Origin: Moniliella sp. 'wahieum'
Lineage: Eukaryota
Direction of reading: 5' to 3'
DNA length: 64,000 nucleotides
Assembly: GCA_003971905.1 (NCBI GenBank)
Contig: RSEE01000037.1
Location: 1 to 64,000, forward strand
In this document: in pieces, positions 24,928 to 37,941 of the stretch
Layout: every line of letters begins with the position of its first letter
Position numbering within the stretch: position 1 is the first letter of the stretch
Program-made: the position numbers and the translations under genes
The notes under the pieces: model-generated
What the model saw: only the letters and a program-made list of their open reading frames with translations
Database searches by the model: none
What the model was told of the DNA's origin: nothing

Positions 24928-26196
24928 ATGCCCAGTCCATCTGTGCCTGCCATCCACCCTGTGCCCAAGAGTCTGTCACGTCCCGTGGCCCGAACCATCG
25001 ACTCCGAGCTGGAGCGAGCCCCATTCGCCCAAGTTCCTCCCGTGACCCAGCTAGGGTATCCCCGTGCTCACCCACGAGATGCTGGATGGACTGCTGAAGC
25101 AGCTCACTCAAATGGAGCGCCCGCATGTCCAACTCACCCCCGTCAATGGCTGGCCTGCCAACGCTCTGGCCGATCTGGTCCCTAGCTCGCCAGTCGGCTC
25201 CGCTAGCGACTCGGTGCCGACTCCCACGCTGTCGAAAAAGACCGGCTCGCAAAGCTCGTTGTACTCCGCAGCAACTTCGAGTCCGGCTTATTACTCCAGG
25301 GTGCCATCATCGCTTCCACCTCCGGAGCAAGCTCTGCCGCCCACCCCGCTGCGCCTTCGGTCTGCAGAAGGGTTGCTCGGCAGGGCCAATTCATCCGGAG
25401 CGTTTACTGCAAAAGGGAGGAAACCACGTCCGCGCAGCCCTTCTCCGTCCCGCTCGCCCTCCCCTTCCCCAGGAAGGTTACAAGTGCTTCTCTCTTCAGG
25501 GCGTGGACGAAGCCTGTCGCACTCAACCTCCGCACCATTCATGTCGTCGCACACGTCCATGTCCCTTCTCACTCGACTCGTCCGACCTCTACCTGGCATC
25601 ACGCAGAGAGCATCAAATCCCTCCCTGCGTCTCCGCCTCTGCCCAGCCCTTTATTCCTCTGTCCGACTGGCCTAGTTGGCCAGCCCGCCACCTCTATCTC
25701 CTCCGCCCCCTCACCCCACCGACGTTTCCTCCCCAACCAAACTATCCCCCGTCCCAAGGCCCCTCCACCCTCTCAGTTGGTGGCAAAGGGAAGACAAAGA
25801 AAAAGAAGCTATTTCTCACACCGCCAGCCCTCCACCTCTCCCTTCTCCCACTCTATCTCTGTCCACCAATGGACGAGGCTCAACGCAGGTTAGCCTGAAC
25901 GAGCACCGCACCCGGTCCATCGCTGTGCTTGCACTAGCACATCATCCACCCCATCCCAACTGATGCATCACGGCCTGGTCCAGGCCGCTCCCACTTCGCC
26001 CACCTGCTCGGACTTTAGCTCTTCCAGCACAAGCCACAAAACCGGGGTGCAGGCGAGGGGAGGGCAATCCAAGCCGAAATTTGCCAAGCTGCGCGTCTTG
26101 TCGAGCAAACTGTTGCGACACCCCAAACCCAATACCAACCTGGTCTCGTTGACTGGGCCCGTTCGCCCATCCCTTCAAGAGGGGGGGAGGGGGTAA
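24928..26196 (+). CDS. Hypothetical Ser/Pro-rich protein (frameshifted)
   Basis: Overlapping protein-like ORFs (MPSPSVPAIHP..., LTHEMLDGLLKQLTQME..., KPKFAKLRVLSSKLLRHP). No domain recognised. Confidence 0.45.
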
Positions 26197-27021
26197 GGAG
26201 TAGGCCTTGGGTCTTTGTGCACATACCTGCAAACGCAACGGCCCGAGACATATGCTAGAGCTGGAGCTCTGGGTTAGGAGCAGAGGCGAGGGGTGTCAAA
26301 GTTACTCAGCTCCTGTTATCACCAGTTGAATGGTCTGCTCTTCTTCAATTCTTTTTTTGTCTGCCCTTTCCGTCGTCGTCTGTGCGGGATGGAACGAATG
26401 AACTGGCGCGCCCCCTTTGTTCCCCCGCGCTTACTTTGCTCCAATCGTTTTGTCTGCCATTGTTGTTCCCTCACCCTGTGGGGCCGGACCCACAGCTGCT
26501 TTTCTGGCACGGGCTCAGCTCGTTGACCGAGTATGGTTCCCAAGGCACTTGTGCTGGCTGCTGTATTGACGCCCGCCTGAATGGAACCCCCCAATCATTG
26601 AATTAAACTGTATCATCATCGACATCCTCTGTGGACGGAGCAACCTGGGTTTGAATGCAAGAATTGGTGCCTCTAGCCATCTCATCGTTTGCATCGTTCC
26701 TTTGCGGACCTCTGTGCTGGGGAGATACAGACGGGGAGCAGGTCAGAACAGCAACAGGGGGTGAGTGCGGGTGGCCGTGGGGCAAGAGGAGGTACAGTGG
26801 AGATTCCTTGCGATGGCATCCAGCTCGGGTGGCGGAGCGAGAGGCTGAGAGAGAGGGTACAGAAGAGAGTGCTGGAAGAAGAGAGTACTAGAGGCGGGAA
26901 CCAGTTATTAGGTCACCGGGCGTAACGCTCCAACACAATTGAAACAATGCATTTGGGCGGATGTATTGGTGGTGGGGCCAGGACGCGCATTCATCGATCT
27001 TTTGGCTTGCTTGTCGCTGGA

Positions 27022-27028
27022 TATAAAA
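27022..27028 (+). promoter_or_regulatory. TATA box upstream of DMC1
   Basis: TATAAAA lies about 85 nt before the DMC1 ATG and is followed by a pyrimidine-rich leader. Confidence 0.5.
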
Positions 27029-27109
27029 GCCTAATCCCCCATCGCATCCCATTCCCATTCCCATCTCCATCCCCATCCCCATCCTACTACCCATCCACAT
27101 CCCCACACC

Positions 27110-29057
27110 ATGGCCCCCAGACCACCCCGCCGTCAGCAGAGGAGGAGGATGTGATCGAGTGCAGTTACACAGAGTACGCCCCCCCCTCCTCGTCCCTTCC
27201 ATCTGCATACAACCCCCACCACCGCAGATGCATCTCATCCCCATGCGCTCTCTAGCCCAACCCTCCTCCCTCTCCCTCTGACGTATACCTTCAACCTGCT
27301 GTGTTTGCCTTTCCCTCTGACGTATACTTCAACCTACTTCGTGTGCGTGCAGAGTCTCGGCACTGCAAGACCACGTCCCCGCCTCTAAGTTTACGGTCGC
27401 TGCGCCCCAGGCGCAGCTGTGCTGCGGAGCTAACCTCGTCTCTGTTTGCGTTCCTGCAGGGCATCGCCGTTGCCGACATTACCAAACTCAAGACCGCCGG
27501 CATCTCTACCATCGAGGCGGTCCAAGCTACGACCAGAATGAATCTCCAAGATCAAGGGCTTCTCCGACGCCAAGGTGGACAAGATCAAAGTACTGTATTT
27601 TACCCCCGTCCCCCTCCAGAACACATTGATACTCTTAGGGCATCTCGCTCCTAATCTCACTTTTTTCACCTGCCTTTTGTACGTGCCACAGGATGCCGCC
27701 GGGAAGCTAATCCAAGCAGGCTTTTTGAGCGCGACCGAGATCAGTCGCAGCGGCAAAAGTACGTGGTGGTCGGGAGCTGCTTTGTACCACTGTGAGGATG
27801 ATGTACTAATCGCAATGCGGTGACTGGGTGCGACACTAGAATCTTGCCCATCTCGACGGGATGCAAGGCGTTTGATGCGATCCTCGGAGGCGGGTTTATG
27901 ACCAGCTCCGTCAGTGAAATATATGGAGGTACATTCCCCTGCTCTTTTTTTTTTACCCTACAAAGCCTGCCCGACAGCGCTTTGGGGTTGGTTTTACGGT
28001 CCAGTACTGACGACTGACGTTGGCTCCTTCTTCAGAGTTCCGGTCCGTCTCTGGTCTAGTTTCGGTTTGCTGGGGATCGCGGTTGGGCAGGGGGGGGGGG
28101 GGGGACTGACGAAGAGACTGGTTTTGCAGGTGCGGTAAGACGCAGATCTGCCATACGCTGTCGGTCGTATGCCAGCTGCCACGGCAATGGGGGCGCAGGG
28201 GGTAAGGTGGCATACATTGACACTGAGGGAACTTTTCGTCCGGCCCGGGTGGCCGACATTGCGCGCCGGTTTGGCGTGGACGAGGAGAGTGTGTGAGCAA
28301 CATTGTGTACGTGCCCGTTGTGTTTGTCTTGCATTCATTGGGTTGGGTTGGGTTGAGTTGGGTTTGGGGACGCGGTGTGATGGAATGCAAGAGGAGAGCG
28401 AATGGATCGCTCACACGTACCCTTGGCCCTCGTCCTCTTTTGTGGCAGTGTCGGCCGTGCACTCAATAGTGAGCATCAGCAAGAACTCGTGCTCAACCTC
28501 AGCACCAAGTACGTACTCGCACTTCATGCGCCTCTTAGTCTCCATCCATCAGACGCTAACCCGGCCCTCTTTCGTGATCCTTGATCACCCCCCCCCTTCT
28601 CTAACTCCGCTCTGCCCTCTCTCCCTTTTTCCTCTGACCCAGGATGGCCGAAGAAGGCTGCTTCCGCCTGCTGATCATCGACTCGATCATCTCTCTTCCG
28701 GGTGGACTATACTGGGGGGGAGTTATCGGCGCGGCAGGCGGCGCTGAATGCGCATCTGTCCAAGCTGACCCGCCTGGCGGAGGACTACAATGTAGCGGTG
28801 GTGCTGGTGAACCAAGTCTCGGCCGACCCGGGGGCGATGGCGTTCCAAGCGGATAAGAAACCGTTGGGCGGGCATGTGCTGAGCCACGCGTCAGCCACCC
28901 GCGTGGCGCTACGCAAAGGACGCGGGGACGAACGGATTGCCAAACTCGTCGATTCGCCCGAGATGCCCGAGGCCGAGGCCACTACCGCATTACCAATGGC
29001 GGCATCGACGATGTTGCTAGCTACAACTACCCAACTCGGTCGCTGTTGACACTGTGA
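27110..29057 (+). CDS. DMC1: Meiotic recombinase Dmc1 (multi-intron)
   Basis: [30 protein letters not shown], spliced Walker [18 protein letters not shown] and [35 protein letters not shown], which is Dmc1-type rather than Rad51-type (GGNIMAHASTTRL). Confidence 0.9.
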
Positions 29058-29193
29058 CAGCAACCCCGAGTCTTAAGTTTTTTGTTAGAACAAAGAATTT
29101 GCGCGGGCCAAAATCGCCTCGTGCCTACAGGACATATGCCCACGAGCTTCGCGGTTCAATTCACGCTAACAAATAGAGAGCCTACACAACGAG

Positions 29194-29878
29194 TTAGAGC
29201 TGCGCCTGGACCTTGACCGCCTCGCCAAAGCGCGCTCGGCCTCCTTCCAGTTAATGACGCTCCAGATCGCCTCGAGGTACTTGGGGGCGAGGTTCTTGTA
29301 GGAGGTAGTACGGCTCCCACAATCGACACCCAGAATGGGAATGTGCGAGATGAGCGGGTCCTGGTCCTTGGTGGTCACGACTGTTGCACACATACAGAGG
29401 TTAGCCGCATGCGCTGTGCGCTGCCGAGGTAGGTGGCAAGGGGAAACGTACCTTCCAACTTGCCCGCCAGAGGCTTCCAGCCGAGCCAGCCCCATCCGGA
29501 TCCCTGGACGGCAGCGGTGAGCTTGTTGAAGTGGGCCTTGAAAGCGTCGACCGAGCCAAAGTCCTTTTCAATCTGCTGCTTGAGCGGGCCGGCGGGGAGC
29601 GAGCCGCCGCCGACCTTTTGCGGGGCGAGGTTCTTCCAGAAGAGCGAGTGGTTGATGTGGCCACCGCCGTTGAACTTGATGGCCGATTGGATCTCAATCT
29701 GCTTCTTGACATCGTTGGCCGACACGGCCGCGGCCAGGGCTTGCTCGGCGGCATTGAGGTTGACGACATAGGTGTTGTGGTGCTTGGAGTGGTGGATCTC
29801 CATGATCTCGCCGCTGATCGCGGGCTCGAGGTCGCCGTAGCCGTAGTCGAGGGGAGGCAGGGTGTGGGCAGCCGACAT
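29194..29878 (-). CDS. Manganese superoxide dismutase lacking a mitochondrial presequence
   Basis: [68 protein letters not shown] and [11 protein letters not shown]. One intron near 29385-29450. Confidence 0.95.
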
Positions 29879-30358
29879 GGTGGATGGGTGGGTGGGGAGG
29901 AGCGGGCGAGGTGGCGAAGCAGCGCGTCCTTTTAACGCCCGCCAGAAGGCTGGTCCGGGCGGCGGGCGCACGGAACACCCCGCCGGGGGGGCGCACGGGG
30001 GCAGTGTCGGACTAGGGCGGACATAAGCGGGTGGACGTCATTTCATTGTCATCTATCATCGCCATCATGCGTCAGCGCGCTCATGCACCGGAGACGGGGG
30101 CTAGGGTTGGGGCACACTGGCGCTGGGCGGGGATGGTGACATGGGTGCGCCATCGCGCCGGGGCTGCACGGGCCAGCGCGCAGCGCAGAGTGCCAGCGTG
30201 GCCGGGCGGCGGCGGGTGCGCTGCTGAGGTCAGCGGCGGAAGGATGGGCGGGAAGCACGTGGCAGGTGAAAGTTGCAAGGCGGGTGCGGGGACGCTGGGC
30301 CAGGCCGCTGCCCAGCACCGCCGCCGGCAAAACCCAACCAGCCGCCGCCGCCGCCGCG

Positions 30359-33300
30359 ATGGAGATGCTGCCCACCGCGCCCCAGCCGCAGCACCTCCGC
30401 CAGCAGGCCCAGGCCCAGGCCCAGGCACAGGCACAGGCACAGGCCCAGGCACACGCCCACGCCACGCCCAGCAGCAGCGCCTCGCCCCCTCCACGCCATG
30501 AACGGCAGCATGTCCCCCGCCGCCGCCCCCCCCCCGCCCCACCTCGCCATGCGCCCCATCAGCCAGCCCGGCCCGTCCCCCGCCGCCGCCAGCCCCCCGC
30601 CCAGCCTGAATGCGCCCCCCATGGCCACCATGCCCGCCGCCGCGCCCGCCGTGTCGCGCGCGTCCTTCTCGCTCGCGCCCGACGCCGCCCGCCCCGTCAC
30701 GCCGCAGCTGCTCGGCCCCGCCAGCGCCCACTCGCTCCACTCCAGCCCGGCCCACACCACCCCGCCACGCCCCTCGTCCGCTCCTCCCCGCACCTCCAGG
30801 GCCCCGCCGGCCAGGCCACCCAGCACGCCCAGCTCCAGCACCGCCTCCAGGCGCACAGCAGGAACAGCAGTTCTTCCCCTCCCACCTGCACGACCCTGCC
30901 TCTGCCTCTGCCTCTGGCCTTGGCCCTGCCTCTGGCCCGGCTCGGCCCCCGCCGCCCCGCCACCACGGCGGGCAGCCCCTTGGTCGCTGGCTCTCCCATG
31001 CCCGGCGCCACGCCCCAGATGCACGCTTCGTATTTGCCCCAGCGCACCCTCTCCCTGTCGGGCCCCTCGGGCCCCCTGGCCAGTGCCCCAGCACCCCTTT
31101 GCCCAGCCCGCCGGCACGGTCGCGTCGGCCCAGGCCATGCAGGCACGGCAAAACCAGGCGCAGGCGCAGGCTCAGGCCCAGGCCGCTCAAGCACAGTCGC
31201 AAGCTCAGGCTCAAGCTCAGGCTCAAGCTCAGGCTCAAGCTCAAGCGCAGGCTCAAGCGCAAGCGCAGGCGCAGGCTCAAGCCCAAGCTCAAGCCCATGC
31301 GCAAGCCCAAGCCCAAGCCCAGGCTCAAGCTCAGATGCAAGCCCAATCACCGCATCCACCACAGCCGCAACCCCAGGCCCGTGCCCGTGCACAGCATGAG
31401 CAGGCGCAAGCGCAAGTGCACGCGCAGAGCCAAGAACGAAAAGCTTCCCTCTCAAGCCAGGCGGCCCAGGCCAACGGCCCTTCCGTCTCCATCCATCCAC
31501 CCGGCAGCCTCGCTGCCGAGGTGGAGCGTGCGCGGAACGACAATGTGGCAGCGCAGCAATATGCCACCGCGGTCGGGGTCCGCGCGGCGCAGACTGCGTT
31601 GCACGATGGCGCAGCGCTCTTCCTCCTGGTGCGGCCCTGTTGCGGCTGCTGCAGTTCTTTGAGGCGGTGGGGACTGGGCCGCCCGAAGGGAGCAGTGCGC
31701 AGGACGAGCATGAGTTCTGGACCGAGCTGGTGGACGAGTTTTTCTTGCCAGACGGGCTGTTGCGCTTGATTTTGTGGGACTCGATCAATGCGGACCAAAA
31801 GCCATTTGAGATGCCCCATCCGCTCCTCTCGCGTTGGTTCCAGACCATCTCCTCTTCTCTGGCCGGGGTCAAGTCGGTGTCGCACACGCTCGAGACGCCA
31901 CGCGAGTATGCGCGCGACTCGGTTTCGGAGCCGGCATCGGTAGGCACTTGGTACCCCCCGCCGCCGGCGGCGCCGCAGACCAAATACTACACTTCCATCC
32001 CTTCGAACCCAAGCTACGCACATGGTCGAGTCGGCGCGTACCATTCTCAGCCAGACCTACCACAATGGGTGGCGCGTCCAGACCCATGGCATCCTACGCG
32101 CTACCTTTGCACCCTCGACGCGGCTCGTGGTGCGCTCGACGCCCAAGACGGGGTACCCCCTCGGGCCGCGCTTGGAGGCCCACACGGCACTCCGGCTGGA
32201 ATCGTTGGACTTTGTAGCATTGTCCCACGAAGCGTGTGTGTCGCCATCGCTGTTGCACAAGCAAAGTGTCACTCGACCAGTGCCCCAGCTACCATCGATG
32301 CGATTGTCCGGATGGTCAAGGGCGCCGAACCTTCCCCGCCCACCGTGCTCGCCTCGGCCATCGCACCCATCCCGTACGAGACGACCTTGGTGCCCGAATG
32401 TCCGGTGAACGAATTTGGACTGACGCTCCTGTCGATGCGCTGTCTCGAGGTACGTCCGGCTCTCTCTCTCTCTGGCTTGGTCCGAACCACACGACTGTAA
32501 CTGACCCGTGGCGAATGGTAGTTGTCAGAATCGCTGTACAAGCTCAGGGACATTATGGACTACAGCTTGCGAGAGCGAATTGGACCGGTGGAAGCCATGC
32601 ACCGCTTCCACGACCGCTTGTGGCATGGCAAGGATCCTTCTGCTCCTACTCCTACTCCTGCTCCTGCCCCTGCCCCTGCTCCCGCTCCTGCTGCTGCTGC
32701 CGCCTCTGCTGCCGCTCCTGCTCCTGCTCCTGCTCCTGATGCTGACGCTGGTCCTGGAGCTACTCCTGCTGCTGCTGCTGCTCCTACTCCTGTTCCCGCT
32801 CCTACGCCTGCACCCGCGGCTGCACCTGCTTCTGAACCTGCTTCTGCCCTGCCCCTGGCCTGCTTCTGCACCTGTACCTGCACCTGCACCTGCACCTGCA
32901 CCTAGCGCTGCCACTGGCGCTGACACTGGTGCCGGTGTTGGCGCTAGCGCTGGTGGTGACACTGGTGGTGACTCTGGGGCTGGGACCAGTACCAGTGCTG
33001 ATGCTGGGACCGGTGCTGGAGCTGGTACCCGTGCCGACGTTAGTGCTGACGCTAATGCTGCCGGTGGTGATGCGGGAGCTGATACGGGAGCTGATACCGG
33101 TGCTAATGCTGACGCAAGTGCTGGTACTGGCACTGGTACTGGCACTGGCACTGGTCGGGCGCTGGCGGTGCGCCTGCCCGTGCACCTACACCTACACCTA
33201 CTTCGGTCCCTGGGGGTAATGGTGGCACTGGGTCGAGTCCAGCGTCTCTCTCCGATCCCAAGGAGCCCAAGGAAGATTCTGGGCGGAGCAAACGGAAAGC

Positions 33301-33472
33301 GCACGCGCTCTCCTCCGACCCGGACGGTAGCCAAAGCAACAGTCCCCAACTCGTCGCCTCCCTCCCGCCTGCATCCGGATCGGGCTCAGGCGGAACACCC
33401 TCCACCCCGCTCGGCTCGGCCGGCGCCAGCCCGCGCTCCAATCCGAACCCCAAACGTGCCAAGGCACGGTAA
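30359..33472 (+). CDS. LIM-domain-binding family transcriptional co-regulator (Adn1/Mfg1/PtaB/SEUSS-like) with QA repeats
   Basis: Long (QA)n tract, then LRLLQFFE...[10 protein letters not shown]...[14 protein letters not shown] and [34 protein letters not shown]...GPVEAM, characteristic of the LIM_bind domain. Ala/Pro/Gly-repeat tail. Confidence 0.8.
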
Positions 33473-34010
33473 CCAAGGTTCACCGTGGCGCGCTAAGGGA
33501 GAGAGAGTCGATGGGTTATGGGTTATGGGGGTTTGCGTTCCGAGTGTCTGTCTCTGTATCTCGCAGCCCCAGGTTGGTGATGGGTGTACCCACCAGGCAG
33601 TCTCTCTCTGTCTCTCTCTGTCTCTCTTCCTCCTCTTCTTCGCGCCCGCTGTTTATTTGTCGGTCAAACATGTGCTGTCTAAGATAGGAGCGCTGGGGGT
33701 GTGGATAGCCACGTGAGTTTCGGCGTCGCAAGCTCCGCGACCGTCCAATCTTCCACCTTGGTAGAGAATCGTATTCAACACTTAGCTGCAGACAGCATAC
33801 AGGGAGAGAGACGCGTGGGCCCCGGGATGGGAGGATGGACGTGAGCCTGACCGCTGAGCCGAACCGAACCGAGCCAAACCGAAACGCCCATGCCAATCAG
33901 CGTGGTGAACATGAACTAACCAACGTGGTGGTTGGGTTCGTTGTCGTGGCTGCTGAGCTGGTTTGCCCGTCCCAGAGTGCGTTGCTCTCATTTTTTTTGG
34001 TTGGGGGGAG

Positions 34011-37000
34011 TTAGTGGGTGGTGTCGGGGACAAAGCTGCGCCAGCTGCGGACCTCGGGAGGGATGTGTCCCTCGACATAGCCCTGCAGTCCGTCCTGGTT
34101 CATCTTCTTGGCCAGAGCATCGACAAACAGTTCTGCTGTGCGCGCCTCGTTGAGCAGGGGCAAGCCAAAGTCGACAGCGTTGCGACGGGCGACGTAATCT
34201 TCATCGACCGTGTCCTTGCCGCGGGCGGCGGCGAGGTTGATGACGAACTGGATCTCGTACTCGTCAAACACTTCGCGCAACTTACGCTTGTCCTTGAGGG
34301 GAAAAAGATGCGCTGGACAGTGACGTGCGGCAGGCCGTTGAGGAACTCCTCCACCTCCGCATTGGAGCAGTACAGCTTGAAGCCCAACTGGGCCAACTTG
34401 CGCGCCGAAGCGGCCAGCTGAGGTTTGCTAATGTCCCCGCCCAACAGGACGCCCTTGTTGGGCTCGGGCACACGGAAGCCCGTGGTGCTGGCGATCGAAG
34501 CCCAGTAGGCCTCGGCCACATCCACCCCGAACGACGCCACTTCGCCCGTGCTGGCCATCTCGACCCCGAGGTAAGGGTCGGCGCCGGCGAGACGGGTCCA
34601 GCTGAATTGAGGCACCTTGATCGCAACATAGTCGCGCTGCTGCTCCATCAGGTCCACCGGTTCCGGCACATCTTCCCTACGATCGCCGCGGTGGCAATGT
34701 CGATAAAGTTGACGCCGAGCACTTTGCTGACAAAGGGGAAGGAGCGACTGGCACGCAAGTTGCACTCGAACCTTGAGTGCCGCCTCGCCTTCGCCGTCGG
34801 TCGGAGGCTTGCGGATGATCTGCATGTTGAACGGCCCGCTGATCTTGAAGGCCTGGGCCACCTTTTGGGCAATCACCTTGATCCGCTGCACATCGTTCTT
34901 TTCCAACGAAAACGGCGGTAGGACCAGTGTCGCATCGCCCGAGTGCACCCCGGCTTCTTCCACGTGCTCCGACACGGCATGGACCAGCAACTTGCCCTGG
35001 TACGCCACCGCGTCCACATCGATTTCCTGAGCATTGTTGATGAACTTGGTGAGTACGACGGGGTGGTCCTTGTTGACCTCGGCAGCGGCGGTGAGGTTGT
35101 GCTCCAGAGTGCTCTCGTCCCAAATCACATTCATCGCTGCGCCCGACAAGACGTAGGAAGGACGAACGAGGACCGGGTAGCCGACCCGCTCGGCAAACTC
35201 CTTGGCCTTGCCCACGCTCGACACTTCCACCCATTCGGGCTGGTCGACACCGACTTGGTCCAGGATCTGACTAAACTTGTGCCGGTCCTCAGCGCTGTCG
35301 ATCATGACGGGGTCTGTGCCGAGCACATTGACCTCGTTCTGCTTGAGGCGCAGCGCAATGTTTTGCGGTAACTGCCCGCCGACCGAAAACCACCACCCCA
35401 GACGCCTTTTCCAACTCGTAAATGTCCATCACGCGCTCAAAGCCCAGCTCCTCAAAGTACAGCCGGTCCGCCTCGTCAAAGTCGGTCGAGACGGTTTCGG
35501 GATGTAGTTGATCATGATGGTCTTGTGGTGCATACTCCGGATCTTGCGCGCACACGTCACGGCGCACCAGTCAAATTCGACACTGCTTCCGATCCGGTAC
35601 ACGCCGCTGCCAAGGACCATGGTGCCCTGGTCGTCAAACTCCACGTCGTGGCTGGTGGCATTGTAGGAGGTGTAGAGGTAGTTGGTGAACGCCGGGTACT
35701 CGGCTGCGACCGTATCGATGCGCTTGACAAAGGGGGTGACACCGAGTGCTTTGCGGTGCTTGCGCACCGCATCCTCGCTCGACTTGGTCGCAGCGGCAAT
35801 TTGGCGATCACTAAATCACGCTGCTTGGCCAGCAAAATGGTCTCGCGGTCGACCGCAGCAATGTCGCCAATGGTCTGGAGCGTGCGCTGGATATCGACAA
35901 TGTTTTGCAACTTGTACAGGAACCAACGGTCAATCTTGGTGAGCGAGGCAGCTTCTCCACATCGTAGCCGCGGTTGAGCATCGCGTGCGCAATGGCAAAG
36001 AGACGCGTGTCGGTGGGCACGCTCAGTGCATGGTCCAACGCCTCGTCCGTAGGCGGCTGCACGTACGCGGCAAACCCATCGTACGCCGGCGCAATTTGTC
36101 GAATCGCCTTTTGCAACGACTCTTCAAACGTCCGTCCTACTGCCATCACCTCGCCACCGACTTCATCGACGACCCACCTCGCGGTTCACGTACTGGAACT
36201 TGGACAGATCCCACTTGGGAATCTTGGTCACAATGTAATCCAGCGCCGGTTCAAAGCAGGCTGTGGTCGTCTTGGTCACCGCATTGGGCAGCTCGGGGAG
36301 CGTATGGCCCAGAGCGAGCTTGGCGGCCGTGTAGGCGAGCGGGTAGCCCGTCGCTTTGCTCGCCAAGGCACTGGAGCGGGACAGACGCGGGTTGACCTCA
36401 ATCACGCGGTAGTCGCGTCCATCGGGGCTGAGCGCGTACTGGATGTTGCACTCGCCCACAATGCCAAGGTGGCGGATGACCTTGAGCGCGGCCGTGCGCA
36501 GCATGTGGTAGTTGTCGTCCGACAAGGTTTGGCTCGGCGCAACGACGATCGAATCGCCAGTGTGAATGCCAAGCGGGTCAAAGTTCTCCATGTTGCAGCA
36601 AATGATCGCATTGTCCTCTTGGTCCCGCAGCACTTCGTACTCCGACTCCTTCCATCCTTTCAGCGACTTTTCCACCAAAATCTGCGGCGACAGCGACAGC
36701 GAACGCGCACTCAGGTCGCGCAGCGAGTCCTCGTCCTCGGCAAACCCAGACCCCAGGCCGCCCAGGGCGTACGCCGCACGCACAATCACCGGGTACCCAA
36801 TGTTCTCCGCTGCCTTGAGCGCGGCAGGCACCGACGACACTGCCTCTGACTTGGCGACGGGGATGTTGATTTCTGCCAGGAAGCCAACAGAGCGTCAGTG
36901 CAACTGCGCGGGAAAGGGAACGGGAGGGGAGGCAAAAAAAAGAGGGAAGGCGGACATACGGTCAAGGGCTTGCACGAACAGGCGGTCCTCGCACATCTTC

Positions 37001-37594
37001 AGCACTCTACCTGGGACCCGAGCACCTCGACGCCCAGGCGCTCAAAACACACCATCTCGTCCAGCTTGACGCCGACGTTGAGGGCGCTCTGGCCGCCAAA
37101 GGTGAGCAGGACGCCGTCGGGCGCTCCTTCTCGAGGACGTAGGCGACATACTCGGGGCTGATGGGGAGGAAGTAGATCTGGGAGGCGAGGTGGTGGCTGG
37201 TTTGGATGGTGGCGATGTTGGGGTTGTGAGGACGGTGTCGATGCCGCTCTCGCGGAGGGCCTTGATGGCCTGGGAGCCGCTGTAGTCAAACTCGCCGGCT
37301 GGCCGATGGACAGGCCGCCGCGACGAGGAGGACCTTCTTGACGGCGCTGCGCTGGACCTTGGGGAGCCACTTGGCCCACTGCTGGGGCCGGCGGCCGAGG
37401 GCTCGTACTCGACGGCTGGGGGGCGGGGGGGGAGGGGGTGGGCGCGGGCGCGGCGGCGCGAGCGGAAGAAGAAGCGGGGGGCGGCGAGCTGGGGCGGTGC
37501 GGGCGCGGAGGGTGGCGGTGGGGGGGGCGCGGGGGAGGGCGCGCGCGACGGCTGCCAGGCTGCGGCGGGGCAGCGGGGGCGGGCGGAGGAGCAT
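34011..37594 (-). CDS. CPA2: Arginine-specific carbamoyl-phosphate synthase large subunit (mitochondrial presequence)
   Basis: [81 protein letters not shown] and a C-terminal MGS domain. No GATase, DHO or ATCase domain, so this is not URA2. Confidence 0.95.
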
Positions 37595-37941
37595 GGGTGG
37601 TGGGGGGGGGGGGGGTTAACGCACACGGAGAAGAGACACGCGAGTTAAACGTCGACCACAGACGGCGATTGCTGTGACTGGGGGCTATCTCCCACTCGCT
37701 GCCATGCGAATGGCGAGCACTTCCTTCGTCCTCCCATTCGCCCGACGGACTTTTCTTTTTTTTTCTTCGCATGCCTGATCTGAGCGCCGGCCAGCCCCCC
37801 GCGCACGTGACTCGGGTCCGCCCGGAGATCGCCGGCGGTAATGCTAAGCACAACCCCGCCAATTAATCAGAAGCACCACTTTTTTTTTTCAGGCCGCCAC
37901 TCCGCCGCCCCTCCGCCGCCCCTCCGCCGCCCCTCCCCCCC

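Noticed and set aside
30081..33716. Multiple long overlapping ORFs with Leu/Ser/Arg repeats
   Set aside because: They are alternative-frame and antisense readings of the QA and AP microsatellite-coded tracts of the LIM-binding protein gene.
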